The notes under the pieces were generated by a model. That model searched no databases and was not told where the DNA came from. It saw nothing but the letters and a program-made list of their open reading frames with translations. Shown here in pieces: positions 19,712 to 28,841 of a stretch of 64,000 bases of DNA. The DNA comes from an uncultured Actinomycetes bacterium (lineage in GTDB: Bacteria > Actinomycetota > UBA4738 > HRBIN12). The position numbers and the translations under genes are program-made. Within the stretch, counting starts at the first letter, position 1. Every line of letters starts with the position of its first letter. The stretch spans positions 80,075-144,074 of the forward strand of contig CAWGKU010000008.1 in assembly GCA_963823255.1 (NCBI GenBank), written 5' to 3'.

Positions 19712-20419
19712 CTACTCAGCCTCCCGCTCGTGCTCGTGTTCGTGCTTGGGCACGGCCTCGACCTCCTCGAGGTCCTCTCTCACTTGTCGGCGCGCGGCCA
19801 GGATCTTTGAGCCCCCGATCAGAAGAAGCAGGAGGGCCAGCACGACGAGGCCGATCGGCGTGAGGTAGCGCTCCCAGCGCTGGTAGCTGGCCCCCAGCCC
19901 GTAGCCGAGCAGGGAATGGCCGATCCCCCACAGGGTGGCCCCGGCGATGTCGTAGACGATGAACCGGCGCCACTCCATCTGGGCGACCCCCGCCACGATG
20001 AACCCGACGCTCCGCACGACCGGGATGAACCGGCCCAGGAACACGGTCTTGCCCCCGTGCCGGCGGTAGTAGCCCTCGGCCGCCTCGAGCCGTTCGGGGG
20101 TGACGAACAGTTTGCGACCGTGGCGTTCGAGGAAGCCCCGGCCGTACCGGCGCCCGATCCAGTACCCGAGGTTGTCGCCTAGCACGGCCCCGACGATCGC
20201 GACCATCGCCACGCCGGGCAGCCAGAGTTCGCCGATGCGCGCATAGAATCCGCCGATGATGACCAGGGTCTCGCCCGGCACGATGACGCCGGCGCCCACC
20301 GAGTTCTCCAGGAACGTCGCCGCGAACACGATGGCGTATCCCCACGGAGGCTCGAGGTACGGGCGGAGGAACTCGATGATCCGGTCGAGCACGGCCGCCC
20401 AGTATAGGAACGTGCTCAC
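19712..20419 (-). CDS. DedA-family membrane protein with His/Glu-rich tail
   Basis: The SNARE-associated/DedA motif (ENSVGAGVIVPGETLVIIGG..LGDNLGYWIGRRYG) is present. The gene stops 4 nt before the pilT start. Confidence 0.85.
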   Translation of the reverse strand: MSTFLYWAAVLDRIIEFLRPYLEPPWGYAIVFAATFLENSVGAGVIVPGETLVIIGGFYARIGELWLPGVAMVAIVGAVLGDNLGYWIGRRYGRGFLERHGRKLFVTPERLEAAEGYYRRHGGKTVFLGRFIPVVRSVGFIVAGVAQMEWRRFIVYDIAGATLWGIGHSLLGYGLGASYQRWERYLTPIGLVVLALLLLLIGGSKILAARRQVREDLEEVEAVPKHEHEHEREAE

Positions 20420-20441
20420 CGCCGACTCGGCCTCCCTCTAG

Positions 20442-20867
20442 ATGGAATCCCGGAACGAGGTCTCCGCGGGCGGCGTCGTCTACCGCCGCGCGGGCGACGG
20501 GGTCGAGATGGCGCTCGCCGCGCGCCGAACGCGGCGAGGTGACCTCGCATGGGGCCTGGCCAAGGGCGCGATCGAACCCGGCGAGAGCGAGGAGCAGGCC
20601 GCGGTGCGCGAGGTCCTCGAGGAGACCGGTCTCGAGGTCGACGTGGAAGCCGACCTCGGCGACATCCGGTACTTCTACGTCTGGGAGGGCGTTCGCGTCC
20701 GCAAGCGCGTGCACTTCTTCCTGATGCGGATGACCGGCGGGGATGTCGCGGATCACGACACCGAGATGGAGGACGTCCGGTGGTTCCCGCTGCGTTCGGC
20801 CGTCAAGCGGGCCGCATACAAAGGCGAACGCGAGGTCATCGAGCGCGCGGTAGAACGGCTGACGTGA
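20442..20867 (+). CDS. NUDIX hydrolase (MutT4/Rv3908-position)
   Basis: Nudix box GAIEPGESEEQAAVREVLEETGL is present. Confidence 0.85.
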   Translation: MESRNEVSAGGVVYRRAGDGVEMALAARRTRRGDLAWGLAKGAIEPGESEEQAAVREVLEETGLEVDVEADLGDIRYFYVWEGVRVRKRVHFFLMRMTGGDVADHDTEMEDVRWFPLRSAVKRAAYKGEREVIERAVERLT

Positions 20868-21640
20868 CGCCGCTGGAGGCGGCGCTCGGCGTCGCCGTGG
20901 GGTTCGCCGCAGGGATCCTGTCGGGTCTGTTCGGCGTCGGCGGCGGGATCGTCACCACCCCGGCCATCAACACGATCCTGGGCGGGACCGCGATCCAGGC
21001 GATCGCGACACCGCTGCCTGTGATCCTGCCGACCTCGCTCGTGGGCTCATACACCTACGCGAAGGCGGGCGAGGTGAGCTTCCGCGCCGCGCGGTGGGCG
21101 GCGATCCCCGGGGTCGGCGCCGCGATCGTGGGCGCGCTGCTCACCGAGGTGGTGAACGCGCACCTGTTGCTCCTGATCACCGCCGGCCTGATCGCGATCA
21201 CGGCCGTCCAGGTGGTCGTCGGCCGCACCCCTTCCACGCCGTGGGTCCTGGGCGAGACGCCGGGGTGGAAGTACGCGGCGATCGGCCTGCTCGCGGGGTT
21301 CGTCTCGGGGCTGCTGGGCGTCGGCGGCGGGATCGTGATGGTGCCAGCCTTCACGTCCTGGATCGGGATGCCGCTGCGCCGGGCGCTCGGGACCTCCCTG
21401 CTCGTGATCGCGGTCCTCGTGGTCCCGGGCACGATCGTCCACGCGCTCCTGGGGAACGTCGACTGGGCGATCTTCCTGGTGCTCACGCTCGGCGTGATCC
21501 CCGGGGCACGGCTCGGGGCCCGCATCGCGCTGGGCGTCCGCGAACGCACGTTGCGCCTCGCGGTCGGTACCTTCCTGCTCGTGGTGGCGATCGCATACGC
21601 GGCGACCGAGCTCACGGCCCTGGCCGAGGGGCGAGGGTAG
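20864..21640 (+). CDS. TauE/SafE-family sulfite/anion exporter
   Basis: The duplicated motif GLFGVGGGIV / GLLGVGGGIVMVP and 7-8 TM segments are present. The start forms a GTGA overlap with the NUDIX stop. Confidence 0.8.
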   Translation: MTPLEAALGVAVGFAAGILSGLFGVGGGIVTTPAINTILGGTAIQAIATPLPVILPTSLVGSYTYAKAGEVSFRAARWAAIPGVGAAIVGALLTEVVNAHLLLLITAGLIAITAVQVVVGRTPSTPWVLGETPGWKYAAIGLLAGFVSGLLGVGGGIVMVPAFTSWIGMPLRRALGTSLLVIAVLVVPGTIVHALLGNVDWAIFLVLTLGVIPGARLGARIALGVRERTLRLAVGTFLLVVAIAYAATELTALAEGRG

Positions 21641-21641
21641 G

Positions 21642-23744
21642 ATGACCCGACCGACCATGCGACGGCTCTCGCCGCTCGTCCGCGCGCTCTCGTCCGTGTT
21701 CGCGTTCGTGCTCCTGTTCGCCCTCGGGTCGCCGGCGCCGTCCGCGACCGCGCAGGAGAGCCCCTCGGTCCTGCTCACGCTCCTGTCGCAGCCATCGTGG
21801 AACTGCCCAACCGCGACGGCCGACCTGGCGCCGGAGCAGACGACCTGGAGCTGCCCGTCCGGGCGGGAGCTCGTGGTGCGGTTCCGGGCGCAGAACCTGG
21901 GGACGACCCCGCTCGACGAGCTCGCGATCGGCGTCACCCTGTACTCGCGCGTCCTCACCAGGAGCGCGTACGAGGCCTCGCTCGCCTCCGACCCATCGAT
22001 CGTGATCGACGGGGGCACCCTGCCGAGGGAGGGCCAGATCGCACCCGGCCAGACGAGGGACTTCGAGGTCTCGCTGACGCTCGGTCCGGGCATCGACACC
22101 GACCACTCGGGCGTGTACCCGCTCAAGGTCGACCTCCGCAGCGGCATCGGATCGTTGGCCGCCCTGCGGACGCCGGTGATCTACCTGGTCCGGGAGCCCG
22201 AGATCCCGCTGGGGCTGTCGTGGACCTTCGTCCTGTCGCACCCGATCACCTTCGCGCCCGACGGAACGTTCAGCGATCCGTCCCTGGAGGTCTCGCTCGG
22301 GCCGGGCGGCCGGCTGAACGGCGAGATCCGCTCGCTGCTCGAGGTCGCTGCCGACCCCACCGCACCGCAGGTCGACGTGGCGATCGCGCCGGTGCTGCTG
22401 ACCCAGCTCGGACGGATGGTCGACGGCTATCGGGTCGCCGAGGAGGGCGGGGATCGGCAGGTGGCGCCGGGCGAGGGCGGGTCGGCGTTGGCCAAGCAGG
22501 CGCTCGACGACATCCGAACGGTCGTCGCCGCCCCGAACGTTGAGGTCACCGCCCTGCCCTTCTCGGCTCCGGAGATCCCGTCGCTCTACGGCGGGGGTCT
22601 CGGACGGGACGTCGTCGTCCAGCTCCAGCACGGCCGCGACGTGACGTCGACGCTGGTCGGAGCCCAGATCCCCGAGACGATCCTGCGGCCGCCGGGCGCC
22701 GCCCTGGACGACACGACCCTGCGTGGGCTCGCCGGCGACGGCATCAGAACGCTGATCGTCGACCCCACGACCGTCGAGCTGCCCGAGCAGCCGCTCGGGT
22801 TCGCCGGTCCGCCGACCACGACGCTGGGCGAGGGATCGCTCGCGGCCGTCGTCCCCGAACCGGCGAGCGACGCCCTCCTCGGATCGGTGGTCGGCGAGGA
22901 TCCGGTCCGCGCGGCGCAAGTGCTGCTCGGCGAGCTCGCGACGATCTGGCAGGAGCAGCCCGGCGAGACACGGGGTGTGGCGATGGTGTTCGGCGAGGAC
23001 GCGCCGCTCCCGGGTCCGTTCTTCCCGCCGATGGTCCGAGGCGTCGCGACCGCGCCGTGGCTCGCGCCCACCGCCGTCGGCGGGTTCGTCGCGACGTTCC
23101 CACCGACCGGCGGGTCGATCCTCGTGTCGCCCTCGTTCCGGCGGTTCCCGATCGCGTACGTCGCCTCACTCAAGCAGGCGAGGAGGCGGATCGAAACGCT
23201 CCGCTCGATGCTCCCTGATGGCAGCCTCGAACCCGCTCGCCTGGAAACGATGCTGCTGCTGGCGGAGGCGCGACAGTTCTTGACCTCGACGACGGATGGT
23301 CTGGCGTTCATCGACGCCGCTCGCGAGAGCGTGCGCGCGACGGTCGACGATCTGGCGCTCGACACGGTGCCGTCGGTGACGTTGACCTCGGACTCGGGCG
23401 GGATCCCGGTTACGGTCACGAACCAGGGACCGCACTCGCTCAGGTTCTCGGTGCAGCTCGTCTCGACCAGGATCCGCGAGGAACCCGCGACCCCGGTCGA
23501 GCTCGCACCCGGCGAAACCGAGACGTTCCGGCTCCGGGCCAGCCTGCGATCGACCGGGCGGTTCCCGGTCCACGTGCTGATGGTCTCGCCGAGCGGCCGG
23601 ATGATCGGCGAGGCGACCCTCGTGGTGCGTTCGACCGCGTACAACCGCATCGCGCTGCTGATCACGATCGGAGCTGCACTCGTGCTGCTGCTCGTTTGGG
23701 CGAGGCGGTTCGCGCCGGGCCGGCCGCGTCCGGAGAGGACCTGA
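21642..23744 (+). CDS. large secreted/C-terminally anchored conserved actinobacterial protein (Rv3909-like, DUF6049-type by position and architecture)
   Basis: 700 aa with a signal peptide (...APSATAQES) and a C-terminal TM (IALLITIGAALVLLLVW). It lies immediately upstream of murJ, as in mycobacteria. The family name is from memory, not a search. Confidence 0.6.
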   Translation: MTRPTMRRLSPLVRALSSVFAFVLLFALGSPAPSATAQESPSVLLTLLSQPSWNCPTATADLAPEQTTWSCPSGRELVVRFRAQNLGTTPLDELAIGVTLYSRVLTRSAYEASLASDPSIVIDGGTLPREGQIAPGQTRDFEVSLTLGPGIDTDHSGVYPLKVDLRSGIGSLAALRTPVIYLVREPEIPLGLSWTFVLSHPITFAPDGTFSDPSLEVSLGPGGRLNGEIRSLLEVAADPTAPQVDVAIAPVLLTQLGRMVDGYRVAEEGGDRQVAPGEGGSALAKQALDDIRTVVAAPNVEVTALPFSAPEIPSLYGGGLGRDVVVQLQHGRDVTSTLVGAQIPETILRPPGAALDDTTLRGLAGDGIRTLIVDPTTVELPEQPLGFAGPPTTTLGEGSLAAVVPEPASDALLGSVVGEDPVRAAQVLLGELATIWQEQPGETRGVAMVFGEDAPLPGPFFPPMVRGVATAPWLAPTAVGGFVATFPPTGGSILVSPSFRRFPIAYVASLKQARRRIETLRSMLPDGSLEPARLETMLLLAEARQFLTSTTDGLAFIDAARESVRATVDDLALDTVPSVTLTSDSGGIPVTVTNQGPHSLRFSVQLVSTRIREEPATPVELAPGETETFRLRASLRSTGRFPVHVLMVSPSGRMIGEATLVVRSTAYNRIALLITIGAALVLLLVWARRFAPGRPRPERT

Positions 23745-25453
23745 CCACCGGATGTCGCGACGACCTGACCGAGGACCTGACGCCGGGCGGCGTCGAGCCG
23801 CCGCCACCGCCCGCCCCCCCGGCGCGTCCGGGACCGCCCGCCGAGGACTCGACGTCCTCGTTCGTCCGCAACACGATCGTGATGTCGACCGGCATCGCGA
23901 TCTCGCGGCTGACCGGGTTCCTGCGCCTGTCGGCGATGGCCTTCGCGATCGGCATCACCGAGACGCGGCTGGCCGACGCCTACAACGTCGCGAACATCAC
24001 GCCGAACATCCTGTACGAGCTCGCGCTCGGCGGGATCCTGACCTCGGTCGTGGTCCCCGTCGTCGTCGAATGGATGCAGGCGCGCGGTCGCGAGGTGGCC
24101 TGGGACGTCGTCCGGCGCCTGTTCACGATCGCGATCGTGGTGCTCTCGGCGATCGCGCTCCTGGGCATCGTCCTGGCGCCGTGGATCATGGACCTCTACA
24201 CGGTGGGCTACCCCGACGCCCAACGCGAGGCCGTGCACGGGCTCGCCACGTTCTTCCTGCGCTGGTTCATGCCGCAGGTCGTCTTCTACGGGATCGGCGC
24301 CGTCGCGGCCGGCCTGCTGAACGCCCACCGGCGTTTCGCCGCGCCGATGTTCGCACCGATCGCGAACAACCTGATCGTGATCGCGACGTTCCTGATCTTC
24401 GCCGCGATGCCGGGCCCGGCGAACCCGAGGGAGCTCGCGACCGGCGCGCAGCAGCTCGTCCTCGCGATCGGGACGACGCTCGGCGTGGTGGCGATGACGG
24501 CGGCGCTGTGGCCCTCGGTGCGCGCGACGGGCTTCCGGTTCCGGTGGCTCGGCGGGATCCGGGACGAGGCGATCGTTCGGATCGGCCGCTTGGCCACGTG
24601 GGTGGTCGTGTACGTGGTCGCGAACCAGCTCGGCTACCTCGTGATCGTGATCCTCGCCGGCGGCCCGACGGGCGGCTACTCGTCGTACGCGGCGGCGTTC
24701 ATCCTGTTCCAGCTCCCCCACGCGATCTTCGCCGTCTCGATCCTGACCGCGTTGCTGCCGGCGATGTCCTCGCGATGGGCGGCCGGGGATCTCGACGGGT
24801 ACAAGGCGCTGCTCTCCCAGGGCATCCGGGCGACGGCCACGATCCTGATCCCCGCGGCCCTCGGCTACCTCGTGCTCGCGAAACCGATCGTCCGCCTCCT
24901 GCTCGAGCACGGCGCGACCACCGCCGTGAGCGCCGAACTCGTCTCCGAGGTGCTCTTCGCGTTCGCGATCGGGCTGTTCGCGTTCTCGGCGTTCCAGTTC
25001 CTGCTCCGGGCCTCGTACGCGATGCAGGACACCCGAACGCCCGCGCTCGTGAACGTCGCCGCGGTGACCGTGAACGTACTCGTCGATCTCGTGTGCTTCT
25101 TCGTGCTTGATCTGGGCGTCCCCGGTCTCGCGCTCGGTCACGCCCTCTCGTACTGGTTCGCCTCGACCGTGCTGCTGCTCCTGATCCGCCGGCGCATCGG
25201 GCCGATCGGGGGGCGGAGGATCCTCGCGTCGCTCGTGCGGATCCTGGTTGCGGGGCTCGCGACGGCGGCGGTGGCCTGGCTGGTCGCCGAGGGGTTCGAA
25301 CGGTGGCTCGGGACCACGACGATCGCGACGCAGGCCGCACAGGTGCTCGGCGCGGTGGTGGCGGGGCTCGCCGTGTTCGTCGCGTCCGCGGCCGCGCTGC
25401 GGATCGAGGAGGTCGGCCTGGTGCGCCGGCGGATCGCCGCGCGATGGCGATGA
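23696..25453 (+). CDS. murJ: lipid II flippase MurJ (MviN)
   Basis: The N-terminus FVRNTIVMSTGIAISRLTGFLR and about 14 TM segments are present. The start is uncertain. TTG 23696 overlaps the upstream gene. ATG 23752 is in another frame and would need a shift in the C7 run near 23812. Confidence 0.85.
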   Translation: MGEAVRAGPAASGEDLTTGCRDDLTEDLTPGGVEPPPPPAPPARPGPPAEDSTSSFVRNTIVMSTGIAISRLTGFLRLSAMAFAIGITETRLADAYNVANITPNILYELALGGILTSVVVPVVVEWMQARGREVAWDVVRRLFTIAIVVLSAIALLGIVLAPWIMDLYTVGYPDAQREAVHGLATFFLRWFMPQVVFYGIGAVAAGLLNAHRRFAAPMFAPIANNLIVIATFLIFAAMPGPANPRELATGAQQLVLAIGTTLGVVAMTAALWPSVRATGFRFRWLGGIRDEAIVRIGRLATWVVVYVVANQLGYLVIVILAGGPTGGYSSYAAAFILFQLPHAIFAVSILTALLPAMSSRWAAGDLDGYKALLSQGIRATATILIPAALGYLVLAKPIVRLLLEHGATTAVSAELVSEVLFAFAIGLFAFSAFQFLLRASYAMQDTRTPALVNVAAVTVNVLVDLVCFFVLDLGVPGLALGHALSYWFASTVLLLLIRRRIGPIGGRRILASLVRILVAGLATAAVAWLVAEGFERWLGTTTIATQAAQVLGAVVAGLAVFVASAAALRIEEVGLVRRRIAARWR

Positions 25454-25842
25454 GGGCGCCATTCCGAGACGATCGAGGGCTGGTCGGCAAGATCCTGCTC
25501 GTGTGGCTGCTGCTGCTGGCGGTCCTGGTGGTCGGCGCGATCGACGCGGGCTCGATCCTCCTGGCACGCTCGAGGGCCGCCGATCTGGCCAAGGACGCCT
25601 CGGTCTCGGCGGCCGAGGCGTTACGGCAGAACGGCGACGAGGAGCAGGCGAAGCTCGCGGCGCTCGACACGATCGCCGACGCCGACGAGCCGGTGCGTCT
25701 CAAGAGCATCGACGTCGGGCGGCGCGAGGTCACCGTCGTGCTCGTGGTCCACGCGGACACGCTCGTGGTCGGGCGGATCCCGTTCCTGGACGACCTCGGG
25801 CGGGTGACGGTCAGCGGTTCCACCGCGGCCCCGCGGGACTGA
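25444..25842 (+). CDS. TadE-like membrane-anchored protein (pseudopilin-like N-terminus)
   Basis: 132 aa. The N-terminus RDDRGLVGKILLVWLLLLAVLVVGAIDAGSILLAR resembles TadE/TadG N-terminal domains. The ATG overlaps the murJ stop. Confidence 0.45.
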   Translation: MAMRAPFRDDRGLVGKILLVWLLLLAVLVVGAIDAGSILLARSRAADLAKDASVSAAEALRQNGDEEQAKLAALDTIADADEPVRLKSIDVGRREVTVVLVVHADTLVVGRIPFLDDLGRVTVSGSTAAPRD

Positions 25843-25882
25843 GCGAACGCATTCCGCAGGTCGGGAGCGGTGTCACCGGGCA

Positions 25883-25888
25883 TAGACT
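25883..25888 (+). promoter_or_regulatory. -10 box TAGACT, 7 nt upstream of the GTG of the pseudokinase gene (leaderless-type)
   Basis: Motif and spacing read directly. The same hexamer recurs at 9381, 10437 and 57464 with 6-8 nt spacing to start codons. Confidence 0.4.
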
Positions 25889-25895
25889 TCGAACC

Positions 25896-27314
25896 GTGAC
25901 CCAGACGATCGAACCCGTTCACGTCCTCGCCGGCCGCTACGCGCTCGAGGAGGAGCTCGGCAGGAGCCGGACCGGGATGGTGTGGCGGTCGCAGGACCCT
26001 CTGCTGCAACGATCGGTGGCCGTGAAGCTGATCCACCCGCGTCTCGCGGATGACCCGGGGTTCGCGCTGGCGCTGGCCGAGGAGGCAAGGCGCGTGGCGG
26101 TCCTGTCGGTGCCGGGGATCGCGCGCCTGCTCGATACAGGCCAGCAGGACCGTGTCACCTACCTCGTCCGCGAGTACGCGCCGGGAACGTGCCTGCGCGA
26201 GCGGCTCGCGGAGACCGGCCCCGTGTCGGCGGAGGAGGCCGTCCGGATCGGTGTGGCCGCCCTCGGTGCACTCGGTGAGGCCCATGACCGCGGGGTCCTA
26301 CATCTCGCGCTCGACCCCGACGACGTGATCGTCGGCGAGGACGGGCGGGTGTGCCTGATCGACTTCGGGATCGGCGCGGCCGTCGCCGCCAGCCGGCCGA
26401 GCGAGGCCGCGGCGTTGCTCGGCGACGAGCATCTGGCTCCCGAGCAGCTCGCCGGGACCGAACCCGACGCGCGCACCGACCTCCACGCGATCGCGTCGCT
26501 GCTGTTCGAGCTGCTTACCGGGGAACCCCCCCGGGGCCGAACCTCGGCCCGAGCCGCCCGTCCCGACGTCCCTCGGACCCTCGACCGTGTCCTGGCGCGC
26601 GGGCTCGACCCCGATCCCGAGCGTCGGTTCCCCGACGCGCGCACCTTCGCGGACGCGCTCGCCCGTTCGGTCGAGACCGAGCCGATCGACGCGTCCGATG
26701 ACGGACGCTCAGCCAACCTGTTCACCTGGATCGGCGTGCCGCTGGTCGTGGTGGCGCTCGCGATCGCCGCGATCACGCTGGGTCTGTGGATGGGCAAGCT
26801 CGAGGTGGGTGGGCCGCTCGGGATCCGCGCGGCGCCCGACGAACCCGCCGCGGTCGAGACCCCACCCACGGCGATCCGACCGGCGTCCGTGAGCGCGATC
26901 GATCCGTTCGGCGACGGCGACGAGCTCTCGTCGAATGCGGCCCTCGCCGCCGACGGAGACCTCCTGACCGCGTGGCGGTCCGAGGATTACTTCGACGGCG
27001 AGCTCGGCAAGCCCGGGTTCGGGCTCCTGCTCGATCTCGGCGGTCGGCACGAGGTCCTGGGGCTGCGGCTGTGGACGCCGCATCCCGGGTTCCGGTTCGG
27101 CGTCGCGGTCGGCGACGACCCCGACGCGCTCGTCGACGAGGTCGGCGGCGAGGTCACCGCGACGTCCCTGTCCCGCATCCCCGTGCGAGGCGCCGGCCGG
27201 TACGTGCTCGTGTGGATCACCTCGGTCGTGCCGGTCGACGACGGCATCCGCGCCGAGGTGGCCGAGGTGCGGGTGATGGTCCGCAACGCCGACGCCGAGG
27301 CGGTAGGTGCCTGA
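25896..27314 (+). CDS. Ser/Thr protein kinase-like pseudokinase with TM helix and extracellular discoidin/carbohydrate-binding-like domain (free-standing equivalent of the M. tuberculosis MviN C-terminal region)
   Basis: The kinase fold retains VAVK, DFG and APE. The catalytic loop reads HLALDPDD instead of HRDLKPxN. There is a single TM (LFTWIGVPLVVVALAIAAITLGLWM). The C-terminal domain contains AADGDLLTAWRSEDY. Confidence 0.75.
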   Translation: MTQTIEPVHVLAGRYALEEELGRSRTGMVWRSQDPLLQRSVAVKLIHPRLADDPGFALALAEEARRVAVLSVPGIARLLDTGQQDRVTYLVREYAPGTCLRERLAETGPVSAEEAVRIGVAALGALGEAHDRGVLHLALDPDDVIVGEDGRVCLIDFGIGAAVAASRPSEAAALLGDEHLAPEQLAGTEPDARTDLHAIASLLFELLTGEPPRGRTSARAARPDVPRTLDRVLARGLDPDPERRFPDARTFADALARSVETEPIDASDDGRSANLFTWIGVPLVVVALAIAAITLGLWMGKLEVGGPLGIRAAPDEPAAVETPPTAIRPASVSAIDPFGDGDELSSNAALAADGDLLTAWRSEDYFDGELGKPGFGLLLDLGGRHEVLGLRLWTPHPGFRFGVAVGDDPDALVDEVGGEVTATSLSRIPVRGAGRYVLVWITSVVPVDDGIRAEVAEVRVMVRNADAEAVGA

Positions 27315-27972
27315 CCCGCCGACCCGAGACGAAGACCTCGTCCGCCGGTACCTCTCGGGAGATCGAGCCGCGTTCGCGGCGTTGGTCGAACGCCACGAGC
27401 GACGCGTCTACAACCTCGCGCTGCGGATGACGGGTCGAGAGGAGGACGCGCGCGACGCGACCCAGGACGCGTTCCTCACGGTGCTCCGCAAGCTCTCGTC
27501 GTTCCGCGGCGAGGCGGCATTCACGACCTGGCTCCACCGCGTGACGGTCAACGCCTGTTACGACCTGCTGCGCAAGCGCCAGCGGGCACCCCTGCTCGAC
27601 CGTGGCCAGGACGACCTGCCCGCGCGAGAGCCGCCGCCGGCTCCGGACCACGCCGACACCTCGAGCCTGTCGATGGACGTGCAGCAGGCGCTGTTGCAGG
27701 TGCCCGAGGACTTCCGCGCGGTGATGATCCTGCACGACGTCCACGACCTGCGGCAGGAGGAGGTCGCGGCCATCGTGGGCGTTCCCGTCGGCACCGTGAA
27801 GTCGCGGCTCCACCGAGGCCGGATCGCGCTGGCCAAGGCGATGGGGATCCAGCAGGAGGGACGGCCATCCGGCGAGCTTGGGCCCTCGGGGCCCGATGAG
27901 CCACCCGGAGGTCCCGGGTTCGGGGAACGGGCGGACGCCGCCGGGCCGTCAGAAGGGACGGTATCCCCGTGA
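27307..27972 (+). CDS. ECF (sigma-70 family group 4) RNA polymerase sigma factor, SigM-position
   Basis: Region 2 (RRVYNLALRMTGREEDARDATQDAFL) and region 4 (EEVAAIVGVPVGTVKSRLHRGR) are present. Confidence 0.85.
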   Translation: MPDPPTRDEDLVRRYLSGDRAAFAALVERHERRVYNLALRMTGREEDARDATQDAFLTVLRKLSSFRGEAAFTTWLHRVTVNACYDLLRKRQRAPLLDRGQDDLPAREPPPAPDHADTSSLSMDVQQALLQVPEDFRAVMILHDVHDLRQEEVAAIVGVPVGTVKSRLHRGRIALAKAMGIQQEGRPSGELGPSGPDEPPGGPGFGERADAAGPSEGTVSP

Positions 27973-28779
27973 GCCATCCCGAAGATCTCCTCGCCGAGTA
28001 CGTCGACGGCACGCTGGCCGAACGCGAGCGTGCCTTCGTCGACACGCACCTTGACGGGTGCGCGCGCTGCAGCGCCGAGATCCGGCAGGCGCGAGGCCGC
28101 CAAGACCGCGCTGAGCGAGCTCGAGGACGTCCCGGTGCCGTTCGGGGTGACCGGGCCCGTGCTGGCCGAGGCGGGACGGCGGTTCGAGGGTCGCCGCCGC
28201 GTGGCCTGGGACCGCTTCCAGTGGGCCGCCGGCCTGGCCGCGGCCGCGGCGCTCATCGTGGTCGTGGCCCTCAACGTGGGCGGCGGGGACGCGCGGAACG
28301 CCGCGACCCCCGCTGCCACCAGCGCGTCCGGCGGCACGGGCGCCGCGGGGGAAGCCGAGGGGGCGGCGCCCGGGGCGATCCACTTCGCGGGCATCGAACG
28401 CCAGCCGAACGTGAACTACGACGACCCCGGGATCCAAGCGGTGGCGCTCGAGGCCGCCGACGCGGTGGTGGCGGCCGAGGAGGCGCAGGCGGGCGAGCCG
28501 ACTTCGGCCCCGGCGGCGGCGTTCGCGACCTCCGCCCAGGACTCGAAGGAGCGCACGACCCTGGCGAAGGACTGCGTCCAGCAGAGCGGCATCCAGGGTC
28601 AGCAGGACGTCCTGATCCGCCTCATCGAGGCGGAGTTCGAGGGCACGCCCGCGTACATCGCGGTCTTCTCGGAGGGCCCGGGCGCCGGGCAACCCCCCGA
28701 CCACATCGTCGTCTTCGTGGTCGCGAAGGACGACTGCCGCATCCTGAGCACGGCCTCCCAGAGGATCACGCCCGGCTGA
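27969..28779 (+). pseudogene. zf-HC2 anti-sigma factor, membrane-spanning; frame broken by a 1-nt indel at about 28092
   Basis: Frame 0 gives MSHPEDLLAEYVDGTLAERERAFVDTHLDGCARCSAEIRQA. Frame 1 continues REAAKTALSELEDVPVPFG...WAAGLAAAAALIVVVAL (TM)... to 28779. The start forms a GTGA overlap with the sigma stop. Length is 3n+1. Confidence 0.7.
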
Positions 28780-28827
28780 CCTGGTTGCGGACCGGCCTCC
28801 CCGGGTGAAGGTTCGAGCATTCACTCG

Positions 28828-28833
28828 TAGAGT
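28828..28833 (+). promoter_or_regulatory. -10 box TAGAGT, 8 nt upstream of the GTG of the MerR gene (leaderless-type)
   Basis: Read directly from the sequence. Confidence 0.35.
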
Positions 28834-28841
28834 TACCGGTC

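Noticed and set aside
22586-25567. 993-aa minus-strand ORF, and similar long ORFs at 28833-30953, 28904-31222, 38019-40202, 46116-47705 and 50463-52106
   Set aside because: All are antisense or out of frame relative to genes with clear family motifs (murJ, ubiE/menF, cwlM/LLM, dnaA, gyrB). All have Arg/Pro/Gly-dominated translations.
25248-25895. Upstream extension of the pseudokinase ORF (and, similarly, 36388-36702 for trxB, 37779-38081 for cwlM, 52454-52519 for gyrA)
   Set aside because: The extensions overlap well-supported upstream genes and lack family similarity. The internal starts have promoter or SD signals and give canonical N-termini.
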